Source: an uncultured bacterium (GTDB lineage Bacteria; Patescibacteriota; Minisyncoccia; Moranbacterales; UBA2206). From it: a DNA stretch of 50,757 bases. The position numbers and the translations under genes are program-made. Below are positions 1-11,153 of the stretch, one piece after another (the first letter of the stretch is position 1; each line of letters begins with the position of its first letter). A model generated the notes under the pieces. That model did not search any database and was not told the DNA's origin. It was given only the letters and a program-made list of their open reading frames with translations. The stretch lies in assembly GCA_903831805.1 (NCBI GenBank), contig CAIKZD010000006.1:1-50757 (forward strand), given 5' to 3'.

Positions 1-483
1 ATCATTGGTGATGGTAAGTTGAGGGGGCATGCCCAGATTAGCTTCAACATCAACACCCGAATCATTGATATTATAGATTGGTTGTGTGGAATGAATGTCC
101 TGCGTATCGAGCGGTGGATAGTTATTGTAAAAATAGCCCCATGACCAATAACTGCCCGTTCCAGAGTCCTCATAACAGGTGTTGGTGCCCCAACTCGTGT
201 AGCGATAAAAGGCGTTTCCCGCATGTCCAAGCTGTCCGTACGGATTGACCTTCAAAACATGCGGGTGCAGTCCTGAATCATAGTTATAGAAAAGAGTGAT
301 GTGATTATTTGGATCAACACCGACTTGCCAGGAAACCACGTCGGAATATGTCGTCCCTCCTATGGAGCGAGGGGTTGATAAGTCGTTCAATATGGATTGA
401 CATGGGTCGCTGGCAAAGGCAGATGTTGTAAAGCTAAAAAGTATGAAAAACAGAAATACAAAAATAAACCCTTTTATTTTCAT
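1..483 (-). CDS. Secreted hypothetical protein, truncated by the window edge
   Basis: Manual translation from ATG at 483 (preceded by AAGGAG) gives MKIKGFIFVFLFFILFSFTTSAFA-SDPCP..., a signal peptide ending in AFA. The frame stays open to position 1. Not in the ORF track. Confidence 0.75.
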   Translation of the reverse strand, partial: MKIKGFIFVFLFFILFSFTTSAFASDPCQSILNDLSTPRSIGGTTYSDVVSWQVGVDPNNHITLFYNYDSGLHPHVLKVNPYGQLGHAGNAFYRYTSWGTNTCYEDSGTGSYWSWGYFYNNYPPLDTQDIHSTQPIYNINDSGVDVEANLGMPPQLTITND

Positions 484-823
484 CGCAAGACTCCTTTTCT
501 GAATTGACGTTCAAATCAATAGATTATCTACATTTTCAATCTAGTTTCCCACAAGCAAACGCCTCACCTCCTTTTTTATGTTGAGTTTTATTGTTTAAGA
601 ACTGCTGGGAGTATGCTAGGGGGGGCGGAAGTTGTCAAGGAGAAGAAGATTTGTTAAAAAAGTTATAACGAAAAAAGTTTATTTTTCAAGTCGAGTTTCG
701 CGACCAGTATAATGATTTTTCCTTATGCAAATATACTAAATATCGTCCCAAAACCCTACTCTTTACAAAACCGAAATTTTCCTGTAAAATCGTTAATCAG
801 TATAACACTTCTTCAAAAATCCA

Positions 824-3679
824 ATGCCAAAATCCAAATCAACTACCACGAAGCTGCCTAAAGCGACCGTGGGGCAAGCCTCAGTCAAAGTTAAGCGGGA
901 CAAAATCAAAATTTTTGGGGCGCGGGTGAATAATTTGAAAAACATCAGTTTGGAAATTCCGCGGGATAAATTGGTGGTGGTGACAGGACTTTCCGGTTCG
1001 GGAAAATCCTCTTTGGCCTTTGACGTGGTGCACGCGGAAGGCAACCGGCGCTATTTGGAAAGCATGTCCAGTTATGTACGGCATTTTCTGGAAATTTCCG
1101 GCAAGCCGGACGTGGACAAAATTGAGAACCTTAGTCCGACCATTTCCATTGACCAAAAAAGCATTAGCAAGAGCCCGCGTTCGACGGTCGGGACGATTAC
1201 GGAAATCTATGATTATTTACGGGTGATGTTCGCTAAGATCGGCACGCCCTATTGTCCGCATTGCCGCTTGCCGATGACGCAAAAAAGCAACTCTGAAATT
1301 CTAGAAGAAATTTTTGAGTTGCCGGATAATACTCAACTTGGCATTCTGGCGCGCCTGCGCGAAGAAGGCAAAGACACGCAACAAATTTTGAAAAACATCA
1401 GTCAATTGGGTTATGCCCGGGCGCGGATCAATGGCAAGATCATGTTGATTGCGGACGCGCTGGTTTCCTCGGAAGATTTTTTGGCGGAAAGTATCGAAAT
1501 CGTGGTAGACCGCATCACTTTGAAAACGAAAGCCCCCGACCGGGAAAGAATTCTGGATTCCATTGAAACTGCTTTCCGTTTGGGCAAAGGTTTTATGGCG
1601 ATCAGCATCGATAATGTCGAGAGTCACATTTACAACCAAGATTTTGTGTGCAGCAATTGCTATTTCAAGATTCCGGAAATCACTCCGAAGCATTTTTCTT
1701 TCAATAGTCCGGAAGGGGCGTGCGAACATTGCTCGGGCCTGGGCGTGGTGCGGGAGGTGGACGCGGAGCTGATCATTCCGAACCGTAATTTGTCTTTGGC
1801 GGAAGGCGCTATTTTGCCACTATCCAAATCAGGCGGACGGACCGGCGGGACGAGCAACTATCTGTATAAATTGGAAGAAATCGGTAAGAAAAAAGGCTTT
1901 TCCATTCATGACCCGATCAAGCGCTTAAGTGAAAAAAATTTAGAGATTGTTCTTTATGGCCTCAAAAACGAACATCAGGAAGCCTCCTTTGCCGGCGTAG
2001 TGGATATCATCAAAAAGAAATATAATGAATCCACTTCCGTCACTTTCAGGAAAGAAATTGAAAAGTATATGTTGGAAAAAATTTGCGCTGAATGTGAAGG
2101 GAAAAGAATCAAAAAGGAATACGCGGCGGTTTTGATTTTGGGCCGGTCCATTGCAGATATTGTCAGGCTGGACGTGGAAGCCTTCTTGGCATTTTTGAAA
2201 GACTTTGAAAATTGGCCGCTGGCGAATGTTAAAGTCGAAACGGTCCGGCCCTTGATCAAAGAGATGGTGCAAAAAGCGGCCGCACTTAAAAATGTCGGTT
2301 TGGAATATTTGGAAATTTTTCGCGGAGCTGAATCATTGTCCGGCGGGGAAGGGCAACGCATCCGCTTGGCCACCCAGATCGGTTCGGAATTGTCCGGCAT
2401 CATTTATGTCTTGGACGAACCGTCAGTGGGCTTGCATAGCCGCGACACTAAAAAATTGATTGAGACCATGAAATTCTTGCGGGACAACGGCAACTCTTTG
2501 GTGGTGGTGGAACATGATCGCGATATTATTGAAAACGCCGATTGGATCATTGATATGGGACCGGGGGCGGGGATGGCCGGCGGGGAAGTCATTTTTGAAG
2601 GCGATATCCAAAAATTGAAAAAATCCAAAACTTCGACCGCCAGATTTTTGTCCGGGCAAGAAAAAATCTCGGCGCGAAAAAAACCGCGACCGGGCGCGAA
2701 GAAATATATCGAAATTTTGGGCGCAGAAGAACATAATTTGAAAAACATCGATGTGGCAATTCCACTGGAAAGATTCGTGTCCATTACCGGCGTTTCCGGC
2801 TCGGGCAAATCAACTCTAGTCTCGGATATTCTGGCCGTCGCTTTGTCGCGCCATTTTTTCCGTGCCAAAGCCGAAGCGGGAAAGCATAAAAAAATCAGCG
2901 GCCTCAACTTGATTGACAAAGTGATTAACGTGGATCAGTCGCCGATTGGGCGTACGCCTAGATCAAACGCGGCCACTTATACTGGCGTTTTTTCCCATAT
3001 CCGGGAACTTTTTGCAGTGACCGAGGAAGCCAAGAATCGCGGTTATGACGCCAGCCGTTTCAGTTTCAACATGAAGGGCGGGCGCTGCGAAAGTTGTCAG
3101 GGCGATGGCACGAAAAAAATTGAAATGTATCTTTTGCCGGATATGTATGTCAAATGCGAAGCGTGTAATGGGATGCGCTACAATCAAAAAACGTTGGATA
3201 TTGAATATCAAGGCGTGAATATTTCCGCGGTGTTGGATATGAGCGTATCCTATGCGCTCCGGTTTTTCCATAAGACGCCGCTCGTGGTGGAAAAATTGCG
3301 CACTTTGGAAGAAGTGGGCTTGGGCTATCTGAAGCTCGGACAAAGTGCGACCAATCTGTCCGGCGGGGAAGCTCAACGCATCAAGTTGGCCGCCGAACTG
3401 GCGCGCAAATCTACCGGCCGGACTTTGTATATTTTGGACGAACCGACTATTGGATTGCATTTCGAAGATGTGCGCAAGCTCTTAATGATTCTGGATGCGT
3501 TGGTGGAGAAAGGCAATTCGGTTGTGGTGGTGGAACATAACACGGACGTGATCGGTTACAGCGATTGGGTGATTGATCTGGGCCCGGAAGGCGGTCAAGG
3601 CGGAGGCGAAGTCGTCTATGCCGGCGTGCCGGCGGGCTTGAAAAAATGTAAACGAAGTTGGACAGGGAAATATTTATAA
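824..3679 (+). CDS. uvrA: Excinuclease ABC subunit A
   Basis: Two ABC modules ([36 protein letters not shown]), CxxC zinc fingers, [12 protein letters not shown]; 951 aa. Confidence 0.95.
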   Translation: MPKSKSTTTKLPKATVGQASVKVKRDKIKIFGARVNNLKNISLEIPRDKLVVVTGLSGSGKSSLAFDVVHAEGNRRYLESMSSYVRHFLEISGKPDVDKIENLSPTISIDQKSISKSPRSTVGTITEIYDYLRVMFAKIGTPYCPHCRLPMTQKSNSEILEEIFELPDNTQLGILARLREEGKDTQQILKNISQLGYARARINGKIMLIADALVSSEDFLAESIEIVVDRITLKTKAPDRERILDSIETAFRLGKGFMAISIDNVESHIYNQDFVCSNCYFKIPEITPKHFSFNSPEGACEHCSGLGVVREVDAELIIPNRNLSLAEGAILPLSKSGGRTGGTSNYLYKLEEIGKKKGFSIHDPIKRLSEKNLEIVLYGLKNEHQEASFAGVVDIIKKKYNESTSVTFRKEIEKYMLEKICAECEGKRIKKEYAAVLILGRSIADIVRLDVEAFLAFLKDFENWPLANVKVETVRPLIKEMVQKAAALKNVGLEYLEIFRGAESLSGGEGQRIRLATQIGSELSGIIYVLDEPSVGLHSRDTKKLIETMKFLRDNGNSLVVVEHDRDIIENADWIIDMGPGAGMAGGEVIFEGDIQKLKKSKTSTARFLSGQEKISARKKPRPGAKKYIEILGAEEHNLKNIDVAIPLERFVSITGVSGSGKSTLVSDILAVALSRHFFRAKAEAGKHKKISGLNLIDKVINVDQSPIGRTPRSNAATYTGVFSHIRELFAVTEEAKNRGYDASRFSFNMKGGRCESCQGDGTKKIEMYLLPDMYVKCEACNGMRYNQKTLDIEYQGVNISAVLDMSVSYALRFFHKTPLVVEKLRTLEEVGLGYLKLGQSATNLSGGEAQRIKLAAELARKSTGRTLYILDEPTIGLHFEDVRKLLMILDALVEKGNSVVVVEHNTDVIGYSDWVIDLGPEGGQGGGEVVYAGVPAGLKKCKRSWTGKYL

Positions 3680-3684
3680 AAATT

Positions 3685-4626
3685 ATGCCAGGCAATTTGC
3701 ATAAAAATATCCTATCTACCCTCGTCTACTACGACATTCTGGATTATCCATTGACGGCTTTTGAAGTTTGGAAATATCTGGGCGCAGCGCCTGGCCATGG
3801 AGAAAAAGAAAATAGAGTTAGACTGAGGGAGATCATGCAAGAACTGGCGAGCGAAGAATTGAAGAAAAAAGTGGAGCACTATCGCGGCTTCTATTTTTTG
3901 CGCGGACGAAAAGAACTGGTTGAAAAAAGGTTGAAAAACAACAAATTGTCCGAACAAAAATTTAAGATTATAAAAAGAGTGGTTTTTTGGTTGCGGTTTT
4001 TGCCGTATGTGCGGATGGTGGCCATCACCGGCACGGTAGCCATGAAAAACGCCGGCCGGAAGAGCGATCTGGATCTTTTGATCGTGCTCAAGCATGGTCG
4101 GATCTTCCTCGGAAGAACATTGGTGACAGGATTGGTGCATCTTATGGGCAAAAGACGACATGGAAGGCATATTGCTGATCGGATATGCTTAAATTGTTTT
4201 TTGACTGACGAATCGCTGGAAAGCCGTTTGCAAGATCTTTTTTCCGCTTCGGAATATTTTTTCACCGTGCCCCTGACCGGGCGCAGCACTTTCTCAAAAT
4301 TTCAGAATAAGAACGAGTGGATAGGAAAATTTAAGATCAATTTTTCCCCAGAGAATATCCTTAATTTGAAAGCCTTTCCGGACAAAGGATGGGCAATCCG
4401 GATAAGGAACAGTTTGGAAAAATTTTTTGATTTGAACAGCTTCAACTTGTTGGAGAAAAAATTGGGCGAGTGGCAAATTGGACGGATTGCCAAGGACCCG
4501 CGTACCAAAGAAAAGGGCAGTATTATTATGGCTGACGGCGAAGCTTTGATATTTTTCCATCACGCCCACAGCTTGGCAATGGAAAGAATGCTGCAAAAAA
4601 AGTTAAATGAAGGCATTTTTGATTGA
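3685..4626 (+). CDS. Conserved hypothetical protein with a nucleotidyltransferase-like motif
   Basis: TGTVAMKNAGRKSDLDLLIV resembles the Pol-beta GS...DxD motif; ATG at 3685 follows the uvrA stop. Confidence 0.6.
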   Translation: MPGNLHKNILSTLVYYDILDYPLTAFEVWKYLGAAPGHGEKENRVRLREIMQELASEELKKKVEHYRGFYFLRGRKELVEKRLKNNKLSEQKFKIIKRVVFWLRFLPYVRMVAITGTVAMKNAGRKSDLDLLIVLKHGRIFLGRTLVTGLVHLMGKRRHGRHIADRICLNCFLTDESLESRLQDLFSASEYFFTVPLTGRSTFSKFQNKNEWIGKFKINFSPENILNLKAFPDKGWAIRIRNSLEKFFDLNSFNLLEKKLGEWQIGRIAKDPRTKEKGSIIMADGEALIFFHHAHSLAMERMLQKKLNEGIFD

Positions 4627-4684
4627 GGAATGAGCCGTTTCTCCGCGCGAAGATAATCTCAGGCCGAAAAAGAAAAATAAAATT

Positions 4685-4713
4685 GTAGAGACGCCCCGAC
4701 GGGGCATCTCTAC
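4685..4713. repeat. GTAG-type REP-like palindrome, probably also a terminator
   Basis: gtagagacgccccgacggggcatctctac followed by a T run. Confidence 0.6.
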
Positions 4714-4772
4714 TTTTTTATATTTATTTTTGTGGTATAATAAAAATAAGATAAAAAACAAAAATTCACAAA

Positions 4773-5714
4773 ATGATAATCATCAATGATTTCAATTTAA
4801 GGAAGCAAGCGGATGAGTTGGGCATCAAGGTCTGGCAAACTCCCGGGTTCCTTTTTATTGTTATGGGGTTTGTGTCGGTGGTCATTATGACGGCGACCTA
4901 CTTCATCTCGGCGTATTATGATAACCCGCAGGTCTTGGTCATTTCGGAATGTTTAGTGGTGGTCGTGGTGCTGATTGTGGGAACTTCCATCAGTCGCTTT
5001 GTCGGGCAGATGGCTAATTTGAACCGGATGAAAAGTGAATTTGTCGCTGTGGCTTCCCATCAGTTACGCACCCCGCTATCGGCCATTCGCTGGGAAACAG
5101 AACTTCTGCTCACTAAGTTGAAAAAAGGCATGAACAAAAAACAAGTCGAGAAGATGAAAAACATTTCCCAGCTTAGCCTAAAAATGACCCGGCTAGTGAA
5201 TGATCTTTTGGACGTAGCCAGGATTGATCAGGATAAATTAATCCTCAGGAAGCAGGATTTTGATTTAGCCAAATTGACGCAGGATATGTTGGATGAAAGT
5301 GTAGTGGCTTATGAATCACGGCACATTACTGTCAGTTCTAATATCGAAAAAGATCTGCCGGAAGTTTGCGGTGACGTAGAAAAGATAAAATTAGTCTTGG
5401 ACAACCTGATCGGGAATGCCTTCAAATATACGACTAGCGGCGGTCGGATCCATGTCGGTCTTGCTCGGAGGAACAAAGATATGATATTCGAAGTGGATGA
5501 TAATGGCGTGGGGATTCCGGAAGAGCAGGTGGGTCGGGTGTTTGAAAAATTTTTCCGCAGTGACAACGCTAGCAAATATCAGACCGAAGGCACGGGTCTC
5601 GGGCTGTATATTTCCAAAAATGTTGTGGAACAATTGGGTGGACGGATTTGGTTTCAATCTATTGAAAACGTGGGTTCCAAATTCAGTTTCTCTCTGCCGA
5701 TTGCAAAAAAATAA
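4773..5714 (+). CDS. Sensor histidine kinase (2 TM, HisKA + HATPase_c)
   Basis: ASHQLRTPL H-box, NLIGNAFKY, DNGVGIP, GTGLGL. Confidence 0.93.
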   Translation: MIIINDFNLRKQADELGIKVWQTPGFLFIVMGFVSVVIMTATYFISAYYDNPQVLVISECLVVVVVLIVGTSISRFVGQMANLNRMKSEFVAVASHQLRTPLSAIRWETELLLTKLKKGMNKKQVEKMKNISQLSLKMTRLVNDLLDVARIDQDKLILRKQDFDLAKLTQDMLDESVVAYESRHITVSSNIEKDLPEVCGDVEKIKLVLDNLIGNAFKYTTSGGRIHVGLARRNKDMIFEVDDNGVGIPEEQVGRVFEKFFRSDNASKYQTEGTGLGLYISKNVVEQLGGRIWFQSIENVGSKFSFSLPIAKK

Positions 5715-5744
5715 AGTTGTTTAAAACAGTTTAATTTAAAAAAT

Positions 5745-6116
5745 ATGACAAAAAAAATCCTTCTCATTGAAGATGAAGAAGCATTGCAACAAACGATGGC
5801 TGAATATCTGACGGATGAAAAGTTCGAAGTGCTTGGCGCCATGGACGGACAAATCGGGCTCACGCTAGCCCAGACTAAGTCGCCGGATCTTATTCTTCTG
5901 GATATCGTCTTGCCTAAAATGGATGGCTTTGCCGTCTTGGAAGAGATAAAAAAAGACGAAAAGACTAAAAACATTCCAGTGATTCTCCTAACCAATCTGG
6001 AGAGTATGGAAAATATCCAAAGGGCTTTTGAAAAAGGCGCCGTGGCCTATTTGATCAAGGCAGATTTCAAACTGGAAGATGTGGTTAAAAAAATAAAAGA
6101 AATCTTGAAGATGTAA
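5745..6116 (+). CDS. Single-domain response regulator (CheY-like)
   Basis: ILLIEDE, LILLDIVLPKMDG, conserved K; 123 aa. Confidence 0.92.
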   Translation: MTKKILLIEDEEALQQTMAEYLTDEKFEVLGAMDGQIGLTLAQTKSPDLILLDIVLPKMDGFAVLEEIKKDEKTKNIPVILLTNLESMENIQRAFEKGAVAYLIKADFKLEDVVKKIKEILKM

Positions 6117-6123
6117 CCGGATT

Positions 6124-7872
6124 ATGCGCGTTGAAAATAAACAACTGAAAGAATTTATTTTAGATTCCAAAAAGGTAGACCCGGATAAGCTCGCAGTAGC
6201 CTTCGAAGCGGCGGAAGAAAGTGGAAAAAAATTGGGCGATATCCTTTTGGAAGAAAAATTGATCGAAGCGGAAGAGCTGCGAAAGCTTTATGCGTATATT
6301 TTAGGCATCCCTTTTGTGGATATCTCCAAGGATGCGGTGCCAGCGGAAATTCTCCAGATTGTGCCTGAACCAATCGCGAAAAAATATAAAGTCGTGGCTT
6401 TTGAAAAGATCGGTCAGGAACTGAAAGTGGCGATGCTCAATCCGGAAGATATCCAGACAGTCGACTTTATTCGTAAAAAAACCGGACTGAAGATCATCCC
6501 TTGTCTCACGACCGAAGAGGGTATCGAAGTGGTGCTTAAGCTATATAGCAAAAGTTTGAAGGCGGAATTCGGTGATATGATTGAAAAAAATTCCGCCGCC
6601 GTGTCGGAAGAAAAATCCGCCGATAGTTTGGAGGAAATCGCGCAGGGCTTGCCAATCATCAGGATTGTCGACACTTTGATAAAGCATGCTATCTTGCAAG
6701 GAGCGAGCGATATCCACATCGAGCCGGACGAGAAGGAAGTGCGGGTGAGATATCGCATTGATGGCATTTTGCACGAAGCGATGACCCTGCCGAAACAAGT
6801 GAGTGATGGCATCATTGCGCGGATAAAAGTGCTGTCGAATCTGAAGCTGGACGAACATCGCATTCCGCAGGACGGCCGCTTTAAGATTGAGAAAGAGGAT
6901 ATAAAAATTTCTTTTCGTGTTAGTATCTTGCCGATCTTTGACGGAGAAAAAATAGTTATGCGTCTGTTGAATGAAAACTCCAAAGGTTTGACGCTGGAGA
7001 AGATGGGGCTGGTGGGAGAAGGTTTAGAAATCATCCATCGCGAAATCAAACGGCCCAATGGCATGATCCTAGTGACCGGTCCGACCGGCAGCGGAAAAAC
7101 CACCACACTCTATACTGTGATGGATATTTTGAACACGCCTGATGTGAACATCAGTACCGTAGAAGATCCGGTAGAATATCGGATGAGCCGCATCAATCAG
7201 ACACAAGTCCATCCCAAGGTGGGGCTGACTTTTGCGGCGGGCTTGCGCTCCCTTTTGCGCCAAGACCCGGATATCATTATGGTGGGAGAAATCCGTGATA
7301 ACGAAACGATGGAAATGGCTGTGCAAGCCGCCATGACGGGTCATCTGGTTTTGTCCACTCTCCACACCAATAGCGCCGCCGGCACGCTGCCTCGGCTCAT
7401 TGATATGGGCGCTGAACCTTTTCTGGTGGCTTCGACGGTGAATGTGATTATCGCGCAACGGCTGGTGCGTAAGCTTTGCGCCGATTGCCGCAAAGAACAT
7501 AAGCTGGAAGAGGAAGAATATAAGACGTTGCAAGACAATTACAATATGGAAGAGATTTTGGAAGTGCTCAAGAAAAATGCCGGTATGAAAGAGTGGTTAA
7601 AAGCGGCTGATACCTGGCAGGATATAACTTTCTACAAGGCCGCCGGGTGCGAACATTGTAACCAGGAAGGCTATCATGGCAGGAACGGAATTTTCGAAAT
7701 TTTGGAAGTGACTGAAATCATCAAGAAGATGATTTCCCAGAAAGCGGATGCGACCGAAATTGAAAAAAAAGCCAAGGAAGATGGCATGCTGACGATGATT
7801 GAAGATGGTTTTTCAAAAGCCATCACGGGCATCACATCCATTGAAGAAATATTAAGAGTAACTAAGGAATAA
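6124..7872 (+). CDS. pilB: Type IV pilus assembly ATPase PilB/GspE
   Basis: ASDIHIEP, GPTGSGKTT, LRQDPDIIMVGEIRD, STLHTN, tetracysteine motif. Confidence 0.9.
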   Translation: MRVENKQLKEFILDSKKVDPDKLAVAFEAAEESGKKLGDILLEEKLIEAEELRKLYAYILGIPFVDISKDAVPAEILQIVPEPIAKKYKVVAFEKIGQELKVAMLNPEDIQTVDFIRKKTGLKIIPCLTTEEGIEVVLKLYSKSLKAEFGDMIEKNSAAVSEEKSADSLEEIAQGLPIIRIVDTLIKHAILQGASDIHIEPDEKEVRVRYRIDGILHEAMTLPKQVSDGIIARIKVLSNLKLDEHRIPQDGRFKIEKEDIKISFRVSILPIFDGEKIVMRLLNENSKGLTLEKMGLVGEGLEIIHREIKRPNGMILVTGPTGSGKTTTLYTVMDILNTPDVNISTVEDPVEYRMSRINQTQVHPKVGLTFAAGLRSLLRQDPDIIMVGEIRDNETMEMAVQAAMTGHLVLSTLHTNSAAGTLPRLIDMGAEPFLVASTVNVIIAQRLVRKLCADCRKEHKLEEEEYKTLQDNYNMEEILEVLKKNAGMKEWLKAADTWQDITFYKAAGCEHCNQEGYHGRNGIFEILEVTEIIKKMISQKADATEIEKKAKEDGMLTMIEDGFSKAITGITSIEEILRVTKE

Positions 7873-7875
7873 TTT

Positions 7876-9096
7876 ATGCGCATATTTTATACCGCGAAAA
7901 ATTTTGAGGGCAAAGTTAAATCAGAAGAAGTGGATGTGCGGAATGAGCGTGAATTGGCGGCGCAGTTGCGGGCTGAAGGCTATGTCATGACTTCGGTGGA
8001 AGAATTGAAAAGTGAAGCGGATGGCGGCAAGGATATCAAATTTATGAACCGCTTTATCAGAATCTCTTTGACTGACAAATTGATGTTCACGCGCAATTTG
8101 AGTGTCATGATTTCTTCCGGCTTGCCGCTGTCCAAGGCCGTTCGAAATATTGCGGCTCAGACGCAAAAGAAAAAATTTGCCGCTATTTTGAATCAGATCT
8201 GCGAAGGCATCCAAGCCGGCGGCGCCTTTGCCGATGGCTTGGCCAAATATCCGGGGATTTTTGATGAGCTTTTTGTTAATATGATACGCGTAGGAGAGAC
8301 TAGTGGGGGATTGGAAGAAGTGCTGGATATTTTGGCCATACAGCTGGAGAAAGAACATGAGCTGATGAGTAAAGTGAAAGGAGCGATGACATATCCGGCA
8401 GTCATCGTGGTGGCTATGATGGGCATTGCCGTTTTGATGTTGACATATATCTTGCCAAAAATGATGAGCGTTTTCACGGACATGCATGTTGAACTGCCGG
8501 CTTCTACTAGGTTTATCATTTTTTTGAGCGATTCTTTGCGCCAACATGGCATCCTAGTGACGGCGGGCGGAGTCACTCTGATTGTGGCTATAAAATTATT
8601 TATAATGACTGCCTCTGGGAAAAAGACGCTCAGTTTTATGACGGTCAATCTGCCGGTGGTCAAGAAAATTGTGATTAAAGTGAATTGTTCCCGGTTCTCC
8701 AGAATATATAGCTCATTACTCAAGAGCGGCGTGTCCTCTGTTGAATCTCTTAATATTATTTCTCGTACGCTCACCAACTACTATTACCGTCGCGCTATTG
8801 AAGACGGGGTGGAGCAGATCCAAAAAGGCATCCCACTGAGTGAGATCATCGCCAAGTATCCTAAAATTTTTCCTATCTTAACTGTCCAGATGATCCAAGT
8901 GGGTGAAGAAACCGGCAAGACGGAAATGGTGCTTTTGAAATTGGCGGAATTCTATGAAGGCGAAGTCGATCAACTGTCCAAAAACATGTCTTCCATCATT
9001 GAGCCGGTGCTGATGATTTTCATCGGTTCAGCCGTCGGCTTCTTCGCTGTCTCAATGCTGCAACCAATGTATTCCATTATGGATTCGATAAAATAG
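7876..9096 (+). CDS. pilC: Type IV pilus platform protein PilC/GspF
   Basis: Duplicated T2SSF domain (GETSG, AMTYP, VGEETG, IIEP). Confidence 0.9.
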   Translation: MRIFYTAKNFEGKVKSEEVDVRNERELAAQLRAEGYVMTSVEELKSEADGGKDIKFMNRFIRISLTDKLMFTRNLSVMISSGLPLSKAVRNIAAQTQKKKFAAILNQICEGIQAGGAFADGLAKYPGIFDELFVNMIRVGETSGGLEEVLDILAIQLEKEHELMSKVKGAMTYPAVIVVAMMGIAVLMLTYILPKMMSVFTDMHVELPASTRFIIFLSDSLRQHGILVTAGGVTLIVAIKLFIMTASGKKTLSFMTVNLPVVKKIVIKVNCSRFSRIYSSLLKSGVSSVESLNIISRTLTNYYYRRAIEDGVEQIQKGIPLSEIIAKYPKIFPILTVQMIQVGEETGKTEMVLLKLAEFYEGEVDQLSKNMSSIIEPVLMIFIGSAVGFFAVSMLQPMYSIMDSIK

Positions 9097-9125
9097 GGGA
9101 GTGGCGTGAAATTTTAATACTAAAA

Positions 9126-10499
9126 ATGGAAATTGGAAAAATAAAAAACCAAAATAAAAAAGGTTTCACGCTTATTGAGGCGTTGACTTTGTTGTTCATT
9201 TTTTCCATCATCACGCTCACCTTCTATAACGTCATTGTGATTGGTTCGCGCTTCATTATTTCTGCCAAGAATCGCTTGGGCGCGGTTTCAGTGGCCAACG
9301 AAAAAATGGAAATTATTCGGAATCTGAGATACGAAGATGTCGGGACTGATCATGGTGCTATCACGGGTAAGATTTTAGGCGATGAATATATCGCGGAAAA
9401 CGCCAGTCATTTCCATGTCAAAACGACGGTAGAATACGTTGATGATTCTTTTGATGGAGTTGAGCCGACAGATACGGCGCCAGAGGATTATAAAAAAGTG
9501 ACTATTGTAATTTCTTGGAACAACAATACTGAGTCGACCAACTTGGTTTCTCGCTTTGTGCCGACCGGCATGGAAGTGGCGAAACCGGGCGACGGCTTTT
9601 TGCGCATCAATGTTTTTAGCGATCAGCCGGGCGGCACCGGCATTCCAAATTCGAGTGTGCATGTGGTGAATGGTGACACCGGACTGGATACCACAGTCCA
9701 GACCGACAGTTCCGGTAGTGTGATTCTAATGGGCGATAAGATTAAAAATTCCATTAAAAAATACAGAATCACGCTGGCTAAACCCGGCTTTGAAAATGTG
9801 ACCACGATGCCACCCTATCCGGCCACAGCCTATAACCCGGTAGATGGGGACGCTTCGGTAGTGGTCGGTTCGATGAATGTCGCCAACATTGTCCAGGATG
9901 AATTGGCCAATTTGAAAGTGGATTCGGTGGACTATCTGGGCAACCCCATTCCTAATATAAGTTTCCATATGGTGGGCGGGAGAATAATTGGCAATACAAT
10001 CGTGACTGCTTCCAATCCAATTGCTTTGCCGGTGTATAATTTAGATTCAGACGCGACGACTAATGCCAGTGGAGAGCATGATTTCGGTTCGGTCAGTCCG
10101 GGACAATATACCTTTACTTTAGGTGCTTCAGTTTCCAATTATGTCCTAATTGACACTGATCCGGTTTCCCCGCTTTCACTTTTTTCCAATCAGAATTTAG
10201 TGCTAAAAGCCAAGTTGGCCGCCAAAAATGTCACCTCACTCATGGTAAAAGTCGTGGCTAGTGACGCCGTCACCCCGATTGCTGGCGCGCAAGTGGAACT
10301 GAAAAACGGCGCGGGCTATGATGTCACGGCTACTGCTTCCAGCACCGGCATTGTCTTTTTACCGATAGACGCCACGCCACTTTTGCCCGGCACTTATGAT
10401 TTGAAAATTACAGCCAGCGGTTTTTCCGATAGCAACAGTCAAGTCATAATCAACCAAAACCAATTGGAAACGGCCACGGTAAAACTTAATGCTTCCTAA
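9126..10499 (+). CDS. Large minor pilin (prepilin) with carboxypeptidase-regulatory/Ig-like C-terminal repeats
   Basis: KKGFTLIE class III signal peptide followed by a beta-rich extension. Confidence 0.8.
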   Translation: MEIGKIKNQNKKGFTLIEALTLLFIFSIITLTFYNVIVIGSRFIISAKNRLGAVSVANEKMEIIRNLRYEDVGTDHGAITGKILGDEYIAENASHFHVKTTVEYVDDSFDGVEPTDTAPEDYKKVTIVISWNNNTESTNLVSRFVPTGMEVAKPGDGFLRINVFSDQPGGTGIPNSSVHVVNGDTGLDTTVQTDSSGSVILMGDKIKNSIKKYRITLAKPGFENVTTMPPYPATAYNPVDGDASVVVGSMNVANIVQDELANLKVDSVDYLGNPIPNISFHMVGGRIIGNTIVTASNPIALPVYNLDSDATTNASGEHDFGSVSPGQYTFTLGASVSNYVLIDTDPVSPLSLFSNQNLVLKAKLAAKNVTSLMVKVVASDAVTPIAGAQVELKNGAGYDVTATASSTGIVFLPIDATPLLPGTYDLKITASGFSDSNSQVIINQNQLETATVKLNAS

Positions 10500-11139
10500 G
10501 ATGAAAACTAGAAACCGAAAAATTTATGCCGGAATGACCCTCATTGAAATGCTGGTTTCGATTTCGATTTTTACCTTGGGTATCGGCGGTTTTGCTATGC
10601 TCTTTTCCAAAGTTTGGCAGAACAATAGCTATACCTTGGAAATGGGACAGTCTTCCATGGCGGTTTCGCAAGGAGTTAATACGATTGCCAACTATATCCG
10701 CGAATGCCAGCAAGGAGACAATGGCGCTTATCCAATCGTCTCAGCCAGTGGCAACGATCTGGTTCTATATTCGGATTATGATAAAGATGGCGCAACGGAA
10801 CGGTTGCATTTCTACAAAAGTGGCCAGAGTGTTCTGATGGGCGTGACCAGTCCGGCCAATACCATGCCCAAAACCTATCCAGTGGGTGATCAAACTGTAG
10901 TAACCATTGCCAGCCACATTGTGAACAACGGCAGTACGCCGATATTCTATTATTACAACAAAGATTACCCGCTCGATACGACTAATAATCCTCTAGTTGC
11001 CCCGGTCGATTTTTCTGTCATCAGGCTGGTCAAGATGTATCTGCAGATCAATATCAACCCGGCCCATGCGCCGGACAACATCGAGATGCAGACATTTGCC
11101 GAACTGCGAAATTTGAACGATTATGATCATTTAAAATAA
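10489..11139 (+). CDS. Minor pilin (PilW-like prepilin)
   Basis: AGMTLIEML prepilin motif; alternative start at 10501. Confidence 0.8.
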   Translation: MLPKMKTRNRKIYAGMTLIEMLVSISIFTLGIGGFAMLFSKVWQNNSYTLEMGQSSMAVSQGVNTIANYIRECQQGDNGAYPIVSASGNDLVLYSDYDKDGATERLHFYKSGQSVLMGVTSPANTMPKTYPVGDQTVVTIASHIVNNGSTPIFYYYNKDYPLDTTNNPLVAPVDFSVIRLVKMYLQININPAHAPDNIEMQTFAELRNLNDYDHLK

Positions 11140-11153
11140 TTTTCAGTTAAAAT